A DNA stretch of 37,200 nucleotides from contig CAWJKT010000027.1 in NCBI GenBank assembly GCA_963843375.1, positions 1-37,200 of the forward strand. Direction: 5' to 3'. Source of the DNA: an uncultured Pseudomonadota bacterium. GTDB taxonomy: Bacteria; Oederibacteriota; Muellerivitia; Muellerivitales; Muellerivitaceae. The position numbers and the translations under genes were made by a program. Of this stretch, positions 1 through 10,798 are shown in pieces. Within the stretch, counting starts at the first letter, position 1; every line of letters starts with the position of its first letter. Under the pieces are notes generated by a model. That model searched no databases. It saw nothing but the letters and a program-made list of their open reading frames with translations, and was not told where the DNA came from.

Positions 1-212
1 AACCATTGCTCTCACCGGCCGGACGCTCTAGCGTCGGCCCTAGCTGGAAAGACGGCCCGTTGCTGGATACCTTGCAGGCTGCCGTCTCAGCGGTCGGTAG
101 CAGTGATGTCCGGTCCTTGAGACGTTCGATTCAAGATATGGACGATTATCTACAAAAGCCGAGTTCAGAAGCCCTTTTCGGCATCAGCGATCGCTTGGAG
201 CTGTTGCCGTAG
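1..212 (+). CDS. 3' end of an unidentified gene (partial)
   Basis: Open frame ending at TAG 210-212. No recognisable motif. Confidence 0.25.
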   Translation, partial: PLLSPAGRSSVGPSWKDGPLLDTLQAAVSAVGSSDVRSLRRSIQDMDDYLQKPSSEALFGISDRLELLP

Positions 213-484
213 GTACCTCATGTGAGTATCGACGGCCATGTCGACGTAGCCAGGGGCCTCCTCGTGCTCGGGCGCAGCGACTGGTCTAGCTACAGAGTTG
301 CCATGGCGTTGACCTCAGCGGAGAGGGAATCCGCCCCCGGCCGAAAAAGATTGCTTGTTGAGCGAACCTATCGGCTCCCTGGTCCCGTAGTTGCTTCGAA
401 GTCAAGTCCGGAAACCGGGCGGCGCCTCACACAGTAGGTGCCCAGGCACCCTCGGGTTCTTACTTGACCCCTAAGAAGGGGACC

Positions 485-1344
485 ATGCAAACGAAGACGG
501 TCGGCGTTATCTCCGCAGCTATGGCGGGAGCCCTGCTCTTTACCGGAGTGGCCATCTCGGCGGCCATTGCAATCTCAGCCACTCCGGCCTTCGCAGCGAG
601 TTATACTAATTATCTCAATGCTGGAACCAGCTTAACCCAGGTGACAGTCTATGGTTGCCGAACCACCTCGATATGCTCATGCAGCAAGCGGACGGTAATC
701 TGGTTCTTTACTCCGAGCCAGGCAATAAACCATTCTGGTCGAGCAACACCTCTGGTCACGGTGGTTCAGTTACGCAGTTCCAAAGTGACGGCAATCTTGT
801 CGTCTACGCACCCGGTCACGTCGCGATCTGGGCCAGTGGGTCGAGCGGCCATCCGAACTCTGTTCTATTCATGCAAAATGATGCGTACGTTGTTATTCGG
901 CGCTCCGGGCAACATCCCAAGTTCGGGGGGGCGACGAACGCAGAAAAAATACCATCCGGCGGTACCGACTGTAGTCGAAGTCAGGCTTCTCAGTATGACT
1001 CGTCAAATCAGTACTATGTTCCTGTGCCTAGCGTTGAATGGCAGGAGCCGCCAATAGTAGGCGCCATAGGAAATCTTCAGTCTTATGGTGTTCAGCTCGA
1101 ATATAATCCTGCCCATCGGTGTGCCTGCGGGGTCAAGTACGGTGACACGCTCGATTCCGACATGGGTTGATCGATCAACGGATGGCGGGGGCAACCTGGG
1201 CCGCAGGCAGCCATCTCGGGACATCAGTCTGGAATCGGGAAACAGGACTCTTACACAGGTGCGAAATCAGTCTACCCTTTACGTAATGCGGGCCTGTGAA
1301 GAATCGGACGACAACACCAATTCCACCGCACTGCGTGGTTTTGA
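485..1344 (+). CDS. Secreted bulb-type (GNA/B-type) lectin domain protein with a C-terminal DUF2690-like domain; several frameshifts
   Basis: RBS AAGAAGGGG, then ATG 485 and a signal peptide ending ATPAFA-AS. One base added near 633 gives SLNPGDSLWLP...MQQADGNLVLY. QxDxNxVxY repeats QADGNLVLY and QSDGNLVVY, plus degenerate QNDAYVVI. Downstream frames give VQLEYNPAHRCA, WVDRSTDGG(ATW), MRAC and TAWF*. Confidence 0.65.
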
Positions 1345-1404
1345 GAGGAATTAGCCAAATCTACGTTTCGTGGAATGCTCCTTGGTCGGTTGGCTAAGCG
1401 GCTG

Positions 1405-1456
1405 GCCGGTACCTACAGTCCGGGTTTGTAACAAACCGGGACTGCGTAGTACCGGC
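1405..1456. repeat. Imperfect ~52-bp palindrome
   Basis: GCCGGTAC-CTA-CAGTCCGGGTTTGT-A-ACAAACCGGGACTG-CGTA-GTACCGGC. The 14-bp core arms have one mismatch. Confidence 0.8.
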
Positions 1457-1658
1457 ATGTGCCGGACCATCGACGGCGCGGCGCAATCATCGCCCTGCAC
1501 TGCCGCGAGCAGCGCCCGGGGAAACCGTCTTCATGGACCCTGCACTCAGGCAGAAACCGCCTGACCAGCCTGCTCACTGAAGATGGTCCTGGCCACCTAA
1601 AATTGACGCGCCTCCTGTCGCCGCCGGAATGTCAGCCTGGCGGTGCATCATCAGTGTC

Positions 1659-2577
1659 ATGAACAGATACATGATCCGAGGGCCGCTCACTTACGAGTTG
1701 GCGCTGAAGGACTCCCCGATCCGGCAGTTCTTCGACGACCGGCTCGCTCCTGGCCTTAAGGATGCGCAGGCCGCTTACCGTGCGGGGGCCGGCCCGATCC
1801 TGGTCCCTGGCGTGCCCCGGGAGGCGGCCGACGCGGGCACGATCGGGACCGCTGCTGACTGGATGCTGCGCTTCCTTGTGCATCCGAACCCGTCGCTGCG
1901 CCTCGCCGCGCAGGGAGCTTCGCTGTGCGGAATGCTGCCGACCTTGAAGGAACTGGCGTTCATGCTCACGTTCCGCGACAGCGGAGCGGAGACATTCACC
2001 GGGCCGGAGCAGGGCACCGACGTGGAGCCAGACCTGCTGTACCGAGCGTGCTGGGGTCTGGCGCTGCTGACGGAGGTTTACCGTCGCGGCCCTGATATCG
2101 CAGCGATCGGGCCTATCGGCCGTCTGCCGCACGGGTCAGCACGGTCGCTGCTGGAAGCGGCACCGGATGCCGGTCTTGAGCAGCTGGCTGCGCTCCGGGG
2201 CGTGATGGAGTCGGTCCTGCTGCCCGCCGTTGGCTCCAGGCAGGGGATTGTGGGCAATCGGGCCGACATTCGCAGGATCAAAGATTATGCGCGGTGACGC
2301 GGATCTCGTCGCGGGCGGCATGCTGACTGAGCTGAAGACGACAAATAAGAAGCCGTCCCTCGGGGTAACGGATCTGTGGCAGATGCTCGGATATGTGCTC
2401 ATGGACTATGTTGATGAGTTCGCCATTACCGACGTGGCGCTGTTCTCCGCGCGTTACGCCTACCTGGCACAGTGGAATCTCGACGCGCTTCTACCGCAGC
2501 TGGCAGGAAGGCCAGTGACAGCGGCGGCGTTGCGTGCTGAGTTCCGGGCACTACTGGAAGCGTGCCGGGGTCGATAG
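1659..2577 (+). CDS. PD-(D/E)XK-family nuclease-like protein, frameshifted near 2243
   Basis: Removing one G from CAGGGGATTG joins ORFs 1629..2297 and 2230..2577 (RQGLWAIGPTFAGS). C-terminal GDADL-x-ELKT and QMLGY match RecB/Cas4-type motifs II, III and QxxxY. Confidence 0.6.
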
Positions 2578-2710
2578 TGAGGCGTGCCGTGAGTTCCGAA
2601 CCGTCTTCGGCCATTTCCACCAACCGACCCTCCACGGGGCCAGCCCGAGACTCCGGCCGAGGTCATGGAATGATATTGTCACCGCAACGGCACGCGAGCA
2701 CGCCGACGGA

Positions 2711-2780
2711 TTCTCACCGAAATGGCGCAAGCGCCAGATAGGCGTCAAATCTTATGAGAGAGCGCCATTTACGATGAGAA
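2711..2780. repeat. Inverted repeat at the end of the transfer module
   Basis: TTCTCACCGAAATGGCGC (2711-2728) pairs with GCGCCATTTACGATGAGAA (2762-2780), next to the NlpC/P60 gene stop. Confidence 0.6.
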
Positions 2781-2781
2781 C

Positions 2782-3756
2782 CTACAGCGGGCGGGTGAAG
2801 CCGACGACAGGCGACAGCCCTCCCTTTGAGACGGGGAGCCCGTAGGTGTCTTCTTCGACGGGGTAGCCGGTGGCGTAGGCGTCGATCATGGTGTGGGCGG
2901 CGGGGTTGAGGACGATGCCGACGTGCCCGGGGGCGGCGGGGGTGCCGTCGGCTCCGGCGAAGAAGACCAGGTCGCCGGGCTGGACCTGGCTGGCGGGGAT
3001 CTGGGTGCCGTAGGCCCACTGGGCCTGGCTGGTGCGGGGGATGGCGATCCCGGCGGCGCGGTAGGCCATCATGGCCAGGCCCGAGCAGTCGTAGGCGTCC
3101 GGCCCGGTGGCGCCGTACAGGTAGGGCTTGCCGAGCTGGGCTTCGGCGAAGGCGAGGATCTTCCCGGCGGTGCCGGCGGGCAGCGGGCCGAGGGCGGCCT
3201 GCTGGCACACGGCGCTGCCGGCGGCGGAGATGGCCTGGGCGCCGCCGGCGGCGTAGCGGGCGGCCTGGGCCAGGACGTCGGTGACGTAGGCGGCCGGAGT
3301 GGTTGTAGGCGAAGATGGCCTGCTGGAGGTTGCCGGGCGCGCCGTTGGCGACCAGGAGGCGGGCGGCGGCGGGGATGGCGTCGGCCGGGTCCATGATGTT
3401 CCCGCCGTCGCCGTACAGCTCCCAGGTCGAGGGCAGGAACTGCATCGGGCCGAGGGCGCCGGCGCTGGACGGCCCGTCGTCGTGCGCCGTCGCCGCTTTC
3501 GACTTCGCCGATCGCGGCCAGGACGGTCCACGGGATGCCGTACTCGGCGCCGGCTGTCTTGAAGTCGGCGAGGTAGCTGGCGGGGATGGCGGCGGCGGCG
3601 CTGCTGGCGGCGGGCTGGGCGGTGCAGGCGGAGGCTTCCTGCCCGGTGATGCCCGCGACCGCGCCGGTGACCGCCGCGAGCGAGCAGGAGCAGCAGCGCG
3701 GCGGCGGTGGTGACGGTGACGGTGGCCGAGCCGCGGTCGGCGGCCGGGTGAGGCAT
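2782..3756 (-). CDS. Bifunctional lytic transglycosylase (SLT) + NlpC/P60 peptidase (VirB1/CwlT-like); frameshifted
   Basis: SSAGALGPMQFLPSTW...AIFAYNH (SLT) in one frame. QLGKPYLYGATGPDAYDCSGL...PGDLVFF...GHVGI (NlpC/P60 Cys-His) in another. RBS GAAGGAGG precedes the ATG. Confidence 0.85.
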   Translation of the reverse strand: MPHPAADRGSATVTVTTAAALLLLLARGGHRRGRGHHRAGSLRLHRPARRQQRRRRHPRQLPRRLQDSRRRVRHPVDRPGRDRRSRKRRRRTTTGRPAPAPSARCSSCPRPGSCTATAGTSWTRPTPSPPPPASWSPTARPATSSRPSSPTTTPAAYVTDVLAQAARYAAGGAQAISAAGSAVCQQAALGPLPAGTAGKILAFAEAQLGKPYLYGATGPDAYDCSGLAMMAYRAAGIAIPRTSQAQWAYGTQIPASQVQPGDLVFFAGADGTPAAPGHVGIVLNPAAHTMIDAYATGYPVEEDTYGLPVSKGGLSPVVGFTRPL

Positions 3757-3770
3757 CAGGGACGCCTCCT

Positions 3771-4370
3771 TCAGAGTTGCCTGCGCCGGCGGGCTCGATG
3801 TCCCACACCAGCCAGCCGGAGCCGGCGGGGGTGAGGGTGACCGCCCAGCTGGCGGTGGACCGGCTGGTGCCGCTGCTGGACGGTGATGACCTGGGCGGCG
3901 GTGACGGTGACGGTGACCGAGCCGGGGGTCAGGTCCCGGATCGCCAGCGCGGTCACGGTGGCGGTGGCGGTCTGGCGGGCGGCGGCGCGCTGGGCGAGGA
4001 CGCCGCGGTCGCCCGCGGCCTGGGCGAGGGCGGGGTCCAGCGAGGCGGCGGCCATCGGCTGCAGCGCGGCCAGCCAGGCGGCGGGGGACTGCCGCCAGGA
4101 CCAGGAGTCCCAGGCGGCGGTGAACCGGCCGGCGAGGGCGGCGGCGGCCTGCAGCCGGGCCGGGCTGAACGGCAGCAGCGAGGCCAGCGGCGGCACGGAC
4201 GCCGTCGGCCGGGGGCTGGCGCGGCGGAAGGCGCAGGGCGGGACGCGCGGGCGGCTGGCCGGGGCCGGGCTGGCCGCCGGGTGCGGGAGCAGGGAGCAGC
4301 CTCCGCAGGTCAGCCCGGCGGCGGCCAGCAGCGCTGCGGGGCGGGCGGCGCGGGCGGCGCGGCTAGTCAT
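3771..4370 (-). CDS. Putative lipoprotein of the conjugation module (possibly VirB8/TcpC NTF2-like); frameshifted
   Basis: MTSRAARAARPAALLAAAGLTCGG-C lipobox-like signal, helical AAALAGRFTAAWDSW segment, then beta-rich C-terminus VTVTVT...WAVTLT...GWLVWDIEP. Confidence 0.55.
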   Translation of the reverse strand: MTSRAARAARPAALLAAAGLTCGGCSLLPHPAASPAPASRPRVPPCAFRRASPRPTASVPPLASLLPFSPARLQAAAALAGRFTAAWDSWSWRQSPAAWLAALQPMAAASLDPALAQAAGDRGVLAQRAAARQTATATVTALAIRDLTPGSVTVTVTAAQVITVQQRHQPVHRQLGGHPHPRRLRLAGVGHRARRRRQL

Positions 4371-5420
4371 CGCCGTGCTGCCCGGGCAGGGACTCGCCGG
4401 GCAGGGCGTGCCAGGCGGGCGGGACGGGAGACGGCGGATGCCAGGCCAGGCCGCCGGGCGGGGCGCCGGGCGTCTCGTCCGGCTCGCCGCTGAGCGCGGG
4501 GGCGGTGCCGGGCGGGGCGAGCTGGGCGAGCCGCAGGCGCGGGCCGGGGCTGCCGGCGGGCAGCCAGGCCGCCCCGGCCGGGCCTGTCGGGGCTGGTGCC
4601 GGGGGCGGCGGTCGCGACGGGGACGCCGGGGATCTGCGCGGCGGAGGCCGCGTCGCGGGTGCCGGGCGGCGGCGGCCCGCCGAGCCGGGCGTGCAGCGCG
4701 GCCTCGCGGCGCGGGCTCGGCAGCCAGAACAGCACGGGGGTGGTGATGCCGGTGCGGGCGGCGAGGGCGGCGTACCCGGCGAGCTTGGCGATGAGCCGGG
4801 CCAGGGGCTCGGTGCCGGTGTCGTACTCGAGGAAGAAGTCGGTGACGGCGGCCGGCTGGCCGGGGGGCTGGTCGCGCCAGCGGCCGTACCCGTCGGGGCG
4901 GGCGTGGTCGCCCCAGGCGGCGGCGCAGCGCCGCTCGGACCACCAGCACTCCAGGGCGGCCTGGCCGCCGCTGGCGCGGGCGGCGGCGGCCAGCGCGGTG
5001 AAGACCCCGTTCGCCCCGGCGTCGTGGGCGAGGCGGGGCGACAGGGCGATGCGCCATGGCGCGGTCGCGGCGGTAGCCGAGGTCCGGCGGGGTGATGCCG
5101 TCCTCGGCGGCGAGCAGCATCGCGCCGGCCTCGTCCAGGACGAAGTGCAGCGGGGAGGACCCGGCGGCGGCGAGGGGCCGGAACCGGTCGACGGCCCGGT
5201 ACTGGTACAGGGTCGTCATCCGGGCGGTGGCGGCGCGGGTGGTGCCGAACGCGAGCTGGGTGACCTGGCCGGTGGTCAGGACGCGGTGCTCGTGGATCAT
5301 CCGCAGCAGCCACCGGTCGCGGGCGGTGAGCCGGGCGGCGAGCGCGGCGGTCAGGGCGGGGCTGCGGGCCAGCCTTCCCGCGGAGCGGGGACGGCCGGGC
5401 AGGGCGGAAGGCGAAGGCAT
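4367..5420 (-). CDS. Replication-relaxation (Replic_Relax, MOBC-related) protein; frameshifted near 5050
   Basis: N-terminal wHTH-like LTARDRWLLRMIHEHRVLTTGQV. After the shift: LAHD, WWSERRC, RPDGYGRW and FFLEYDTGTE..L..KL..Y. RBS GAGGAGG. Confidence 0.8.
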
Positions 5421-5431
5421 GCGTGTCCTCC

Positions 5432-8005
5432 TCAGGGGGCGGTGCGGTCAGGCGGGCTGGCGCAGCCGGGGGTCGGCTCCGCCAGCGGCGGCGGGGGGCG
5501 GCGGCGGGGCGCCGGCGGTGCCGCCGTGGGCGGCGCGGGCCGCGTTGCGGATCGAGCCGTGCCCGGCCGGGGACGGGCGGCGGGAGCGGCCGGGTGCGGA
5601 ACGTGAAGGCGGGCGTCTCGGCGCTGTTGGCGACGAGCCGGGCGGCGGCCTGGTAGGCGTCCAGGTGGGACAGGTCGTGGGCGGTCAGCACGGGGGCGGT
5701 GTGGTGCTCCAGGTCGCGGGCGTCCTCCGGGCGACACGCTGAAGATGACCTGGGAGCGGGCGTTGGCGCTGATGCCCTGGCGCAGGTCCGGCGGGAGCTG
5801 GGCGAGGTTCTGGTGCGCCATGGTCACCGCGAGCCGGTAGGCGCGGGCCTCGGCGAGCATGTCTTCCAGCGGGTAGGGCAGGTTGAGGAAGTTCTGGCAC
5901 TCGTCGATGTACAGGCCGGCGTCGGCGCGGGCGGCCTCGGGCAGCCGGGCGCGGCGGGACGCGGCCTGCCAGGTCCGGGCGACGATGAACGAGCCGACGA
6001 GCTGCGCGGTTTCCTCGCCCAGGATGCCCTTGGGCAGCCGGGCCAGGCACAGCCCGCCGCGGTCGAGGACCCCGGCCATGTCGAAGGTGGACGGCCCGGC
6101 GGCGATCGCGGCGCTGGGCGAACCGGCGGAGCAGGAACGCGCGGAGCTTGTTCATCAGCGGCCCGACGGCTGCTGCCCGCGACGGCGGGGGACATTTCCT
6201 CGTACCAGCCCCAGAAGTCCCGCAGGACCTGGTCGCGGACCCCGGCGGTCAGGCGGCGGCGGTAGGCGTCGTCGCCGAGCAGCGGCGGGATGTCGGCCAG
6301 GGTGACCAGCCCGGAGCCGGGCGGCACCGACCCGAGCAGGGTCAGGCACGCGGCGCGGAAGATGTCGTCGGTCCGCGGTCCCCAGAACCCGGCGAAGATC
6401 CGCCGGAAGATCCCGGTGACGTTGTCCACGATCATGTCGGTGTCGGTGCCGGACCCGTCGCCTTGCAGGACGTTCAGGCACGGCGGCGGCGTGCCGGGCG
6501 TCGCCGGGGTCGAACAGCACGACCTTGCCCGCCGCGTCCTCGGGGAGGCGGGCGAGCAGGTCGGTCACGGCGTCGCCCTTGGGGTCGATGAAGACGACCC
6601 CGCGGCCGGCGTCGGCGTCGGCGAGGATCTGCCCGGCGATCAGGGTGGTCTTGCCGGTGCCGGTCGGCCCGCAGATCCGCAGGTGATGCCGGGCGTCGGG
6701 GACGGCCAGGCCGACCGGGCGGGGCGCCCCGGCATCGGAGACGCCCAGCGGGCGGACGTCCGGGCCGGGCAGCGGGATGGCGGGCGGCGGCGGGACGGCG
6801 CGTGCCCCGGCGCGGGCCAGGCCGGGCAGCGACGGGTCGGCGGGCAGCCGGGCGATCGCCGCGAGTTCCGGCACCGACAGCAGGTCGCCCTCCGGGAACC
6901 ACCGGGCGGCGATCACGGCGGCGGGGCGGCGCAGCCGGCGGCGGGCCAGCCAGTTCCGGCCGGTGAGCAGGGCGGTGGCCGAGGCCAGGGCGTGGGCCAG
7001 GCCGCGCAGCCGGGCCGCCTGCTGCGCGGCGGCGGCCCGCCTTTCCCAGCGGCCGGCCCCGTCGCGGGCCTGGGCGGGGGCGGTGGTGGCGACCGCGTAG
7101 CGGATCAGGGTTTCCCACTGCGGGCCGGCGAGCTTGGCGGTGGTCTCGCGGATCTCGGCGGCCAGCTCCGGGATCGGCGCGGCCGGCGGCCCGGGCTGCG
7201 GCTGCCGCTGCGGCTTCCGGGGCTGGCCAGGTCGAGCAGCCGGGAGGTGAGCCGGGCGGTCTGCCCGGTGCGCTGCCGGCGGGCGGCGCGGCGCGCCTTG
7301 CGGAGCCGGGCTCCGGTGACCGGGCGGGCGAGGACCTGCAGGACGGCGTGCTCGCCGTCGGCGAGGCTGGCCGCGGCCCCGGCCAGCGCCCGCAGCGGCG
7401 CCTCCGGGTCATGGCCGGTCGACAGCGGCAGGATGTCGGGGCGGGCCAGCCGCAGCGTTCCCCCGGCGACTGCCGCGCCGGGGGGCAGCGGCGGCGCGGC
7501 CGGGGCGGTGACGGTGTGCGCGCCGGGCCAGGCGGCCTCGACCGCGCGCTCGATCAGGCCGGGCGGGAGGGTGCCGGGCACCCACAGGCGGATCGTCATC
7601 CCGGCGGCGGTGCCGCCGGCCCAGGCGTACTCCCAGCCCAGGTGCGGCTGCCCGGACAGCAGCCGCGCCCACGGCGGGCGCAGCAGCCCGGTCAGGTGCC
7701 CCCACAGCGCCGCCGCCCCGGCCGCGCCGGCCTGCGGCGGGGCCAGGATCGTGACCTGCCGGGCGGCCGCGGCGAACGCGGCGTGCTGCCGGCGGCGCAG
7801 CCAGGCCCGGCCCGCGATCACGGCGGTCACCGCGACCGCGAGCAGCGGCCCGGCCGCCGGGCCGTAGTGGACCAGGGCGGACAGCAGCAGCCGGGCCAGG
7901 TGCTCCGCGTAGCCGCCGGGGTTGAGCAGGTACCGGCCGGCCGGGCCGCCCGGCGGGGCCGGGGTGGGACGGGCCGGGCCGGGCGGCGGTCAGGCGGGAT
8001 GTCAC
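5432..8005 (-). CDS. VirD4-like type IV coupling protein; multiple frameshifts
   Basis: Walker A HLRICGPTGTGKTT, VFIDPKGD, Walker B YIDECQNF and EARAYRLAVTMAHQNLAQL. N-terminal TM segment. GTG 8005 overlaps the VirB4 stop. Confidence 0.85.
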
Positions 8006-9836
8006 AGCAGGTCCTCCCCGTCGCCGGGGTCGCTGCCGGGCCAGGCGGGGCCGGGGTCGTCCGGCTGGCTGGCCTGCATCCGGGCGATCTCGGCCGGGTC
8101 GCTCGTGCAGAGGAAATGCTCGGCGGGCGAGGCCAGCGCCTGGAACGACACCCGGGCGGACGGCCCGGCCGCGAGCAGGCCCTCGCCGCGGCGGGCGGAC
8201 AGCAGCAGCTGCCGCTCCCCGGCCGACAGCCGGAACTCGTCGGCGACCTTGCCGATGGCCTGGGGCGCCTGGCGGAGCAGGATCTGGGTGGCGGAGTTGG
8301 CGATCACGGCCCGGCCCAGGTCGGTGGACAGCACGTCCTCGGCGTCCTGGGTGACGGCGGCGAGCCCGGCCCACGCCTTGCGGGCGGACTTCGCCAGCCG
8401 GTACAGGAACTTCGCGCCCTCGGGGTCGCGCATCAGCAGCCATGCCTCGTCCACGGTGATCAGCCGCCGCCTGCGCTGGGCGGGGTCGGAGACCTTGCGC
8501 CAGGTGGCGTCCAGGGCGAGCAGCGTCGCGGCCGGGCGCAGCTCGTCGGGGACGTCGCGGAGGCTGAAGACGACCAGGTGCCCCTCGGGGCGGGTGGTGG
8601 TCGGGGCGGCGAACAGGGCGGAGTGGGTGCCCTCGGTGAACGGGACGAGCCGGTCGGCCAGCGTCGGCCGCGGCCTCGGTCTTGGCGGCGCGCAGCGCGG
8701 TCGCCAGGGCGGGCAGCAGCGGCGCGGGCCGCGCCCAGGTGCGCGGGTCGGAGGTGATCCCGGCCTGCTGGTAGGCGGTCATGATCGCCTTGTCCAGGGC
8801 GGCCCGCTCGGCCGGGGACGGCTCGGCCCCGTAGCAGGACCGCGACGACGGTGTGGATGAACAGGGCGCGGCGGGTGAGGGTGTCCGGCTGCGCCCGCCC
8901 GGCGGCGGGCAGGTCGAACGGGTTCAGGTGCACGCCGGGCGCGCCCAGGTGGATGTACGCGCCGCCGGTCGCCCCGGCCAGGCGGGCGTACTCGTCTTCG
9001 GGGTCGATCACCCAGCACTCGGTGCCCTGGTACAGGGACCGGAGGATCTCCAGCTTGGCGAGGTAGGACTTCCCGGCGCCGGAGGCGGCGAGGGTGACGG
9101 AGTTGTGGTTGTCGGCCGCCCACCGGTCCCAGGCCACCAGCCCCGGCCCGGCGGTGTTGACCCCGTACAGCACGCCGGGCAGCGCACCGGTGTCGGCGGG
9201 GTCGCGCGGCAGGTCGGGTGAGGTGAACGGGAAGCTGGCGGCGAGCGCGGCGGTGTCCATGGTGCGGCGCAGCAGCAGCTGGTCGGTGCCGGCCGGCAGG
9301 GTCGTGGTCCAGCCCTGCAGCGAGCGGAAGGTGGCCGGGACGGTGACCAGCAGCAGCGAGGCGGCCAGCGCCCGCACCGCCTGCGTCTCGGCCGCCAGGT
9401 CCTCCTCGCTGCCGGCGTGGACGGTCAGGTACAGGCCGAGCCTGAACAGCTTGCCCTCGCCCCGGGCCAGCCGGTAGGCCAGGTCGCGGGCGTCGTCCGC
9501 GGCGGCCTCGGTGTCCGGGTCGTCGAGCTGGCCCCGGTCGGCGCCGGCGCGGCGCCCGGATTCCAGGCGGGCGCGCTGGCGGCGCAGCCGGGCGGCGGCG
9601 ACCGCGACCGGGATCGGCTCGATGTGCAAGGTCACGTCGAGGCGGCCCGGGTAACTGAGCAGCGGTTCCAGCCAGCCGGCGCTGACCTCGGCCGGGTAGC
9701 CGGTGACGGCGAGGGTGGCGGACCAGTCGTCGCCGGTGCGCACGTGCCGGGCGGTGACCTCGACGGCGGCCGGGCCGGGCATGTCCGGGGCACCCGGGCC
9801 GTACGGCCCGGCGGCCCGGCGCAGGCGGGGGCTCAT
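8002..9836 (-). CDS. VirB4-like conjugation ATPase; frameshifted
   Basis: NHNSVTLAASGAGKS (Walker A), VIDPEDEY, VDEAWLLM (Walker B), ARK...VTQD and ILLRQ. Confidence 0.88.
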
Positions 9837-10793
9837 GCGGGCCTGCCCGGGGCGGTGACCGGCTGGCCGGGCAGCGCAGGCCGCCCGGCCGGCTGGCGGC
9901 GGCGCGGCGGGGTCGGCGCAGGCGGCGAGCAGGGCGGTGACCTGCCCGCCGTCCAGCACGGGCACCTGGAGGTCTGCGCCCGCCAGGAGGCGGGCGGCCT
10001 CGCCGGCGCGCTGGAGCGCCCGGCCGGCGGCGGTGCCGCCGCGAGCCCGGCCGGCGCCGTGGCCGGGCTCGCGGAGGACCAGCAGCGCCTGGCGGGTGAG
10101 GACGTCCCGCTCGGCGGCCAGGCCCTCCAGGAACCCGGCGTGCTCCAGCGCGGCCTGCTCCAGGGCCGGGTGGGGCAGGGCCGGGGCGGTCTCGCGCAGC
10201 GCCGCGACGGCGGCGGACAGGTCGGCCCGCCCGGCCCGGACCAGGACCTGCACCGGGCCGGTGAGCGAGTTCAGCCACCGGCCGTAGGCCGCGGCGAGGG
10301 CGTCCTGCTCGGCCGGGCTGCGCAGCGCGAAGTTCACCGTGCTGACTGCCGCCACGGCGGCGGCGCCGCCGGCGTCCAGGCCGATCACCCCGTCGGGCGC
10401 GATGCGCCGCCACAGCGGGGCCAGCACGGCCGGGGGCGGGGGCTGCGGGGCGGGCGGGGCGGCCCAGGCGGGCGGGGCCGGGACGCCCTCCGGCGCGGTG
10501 ACCAGCCGGCGCGGGGCGCGGGACTGCCGCCAGGCGGCGGCCAGCAGCCGGTCCAGGGTCAGGCCGTCGCGCTGCCCGGTGATCAGCGCGACGGCGGCGA
10601 CCGCGACCGGGGCGGCGAGCGCGGCGTAGGCGGGCAGCGGCATGACCCGGCGGGCGGCCAGCCACCCGGCCCAGATGGCCAGGGCCGCGACGGCGGCGAT
10701 CGCGGCCTGGCGGGCGGTCAGCCCGGCGAGGACCTTGTCGGGCATGTCGACGTCGGCGGGAACCGGGACGGGCTCGGGAACCTCGTAGCTCAT
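9833..10793 (-). CDS. PrgI-family (VirB3-like) membrane protein with C-terminal extension
   Basis: VPADVDMPDKVLAGLTARQ, two TM helices, RDGLTLDRLL, and VSTVNFALRSPAEQDAL. Confidence 0.75.
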
Positions 10794-10798
10794 CGGGC

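Noticed and set aside
222..437. 71-aa ORF upstream of the lectin gene
   Set aside because: No RBS or motif support. Probably non-coding or a gene remnant.
764..774. GTTCAGTTACG resembles part of a nanopore adapter
   Set aside because: Only 11 nt, and in frame within the lectin coding sequence (GSVT). Consistent with chance.
1423..1437. GGTTTGT/ACAAACC recalls the ends of the Bxb1 attP site
   Set aside because: Spacing is 1 nt rather than a full att core, and no serine integrase is visible. Kept only as a generic palindrome.
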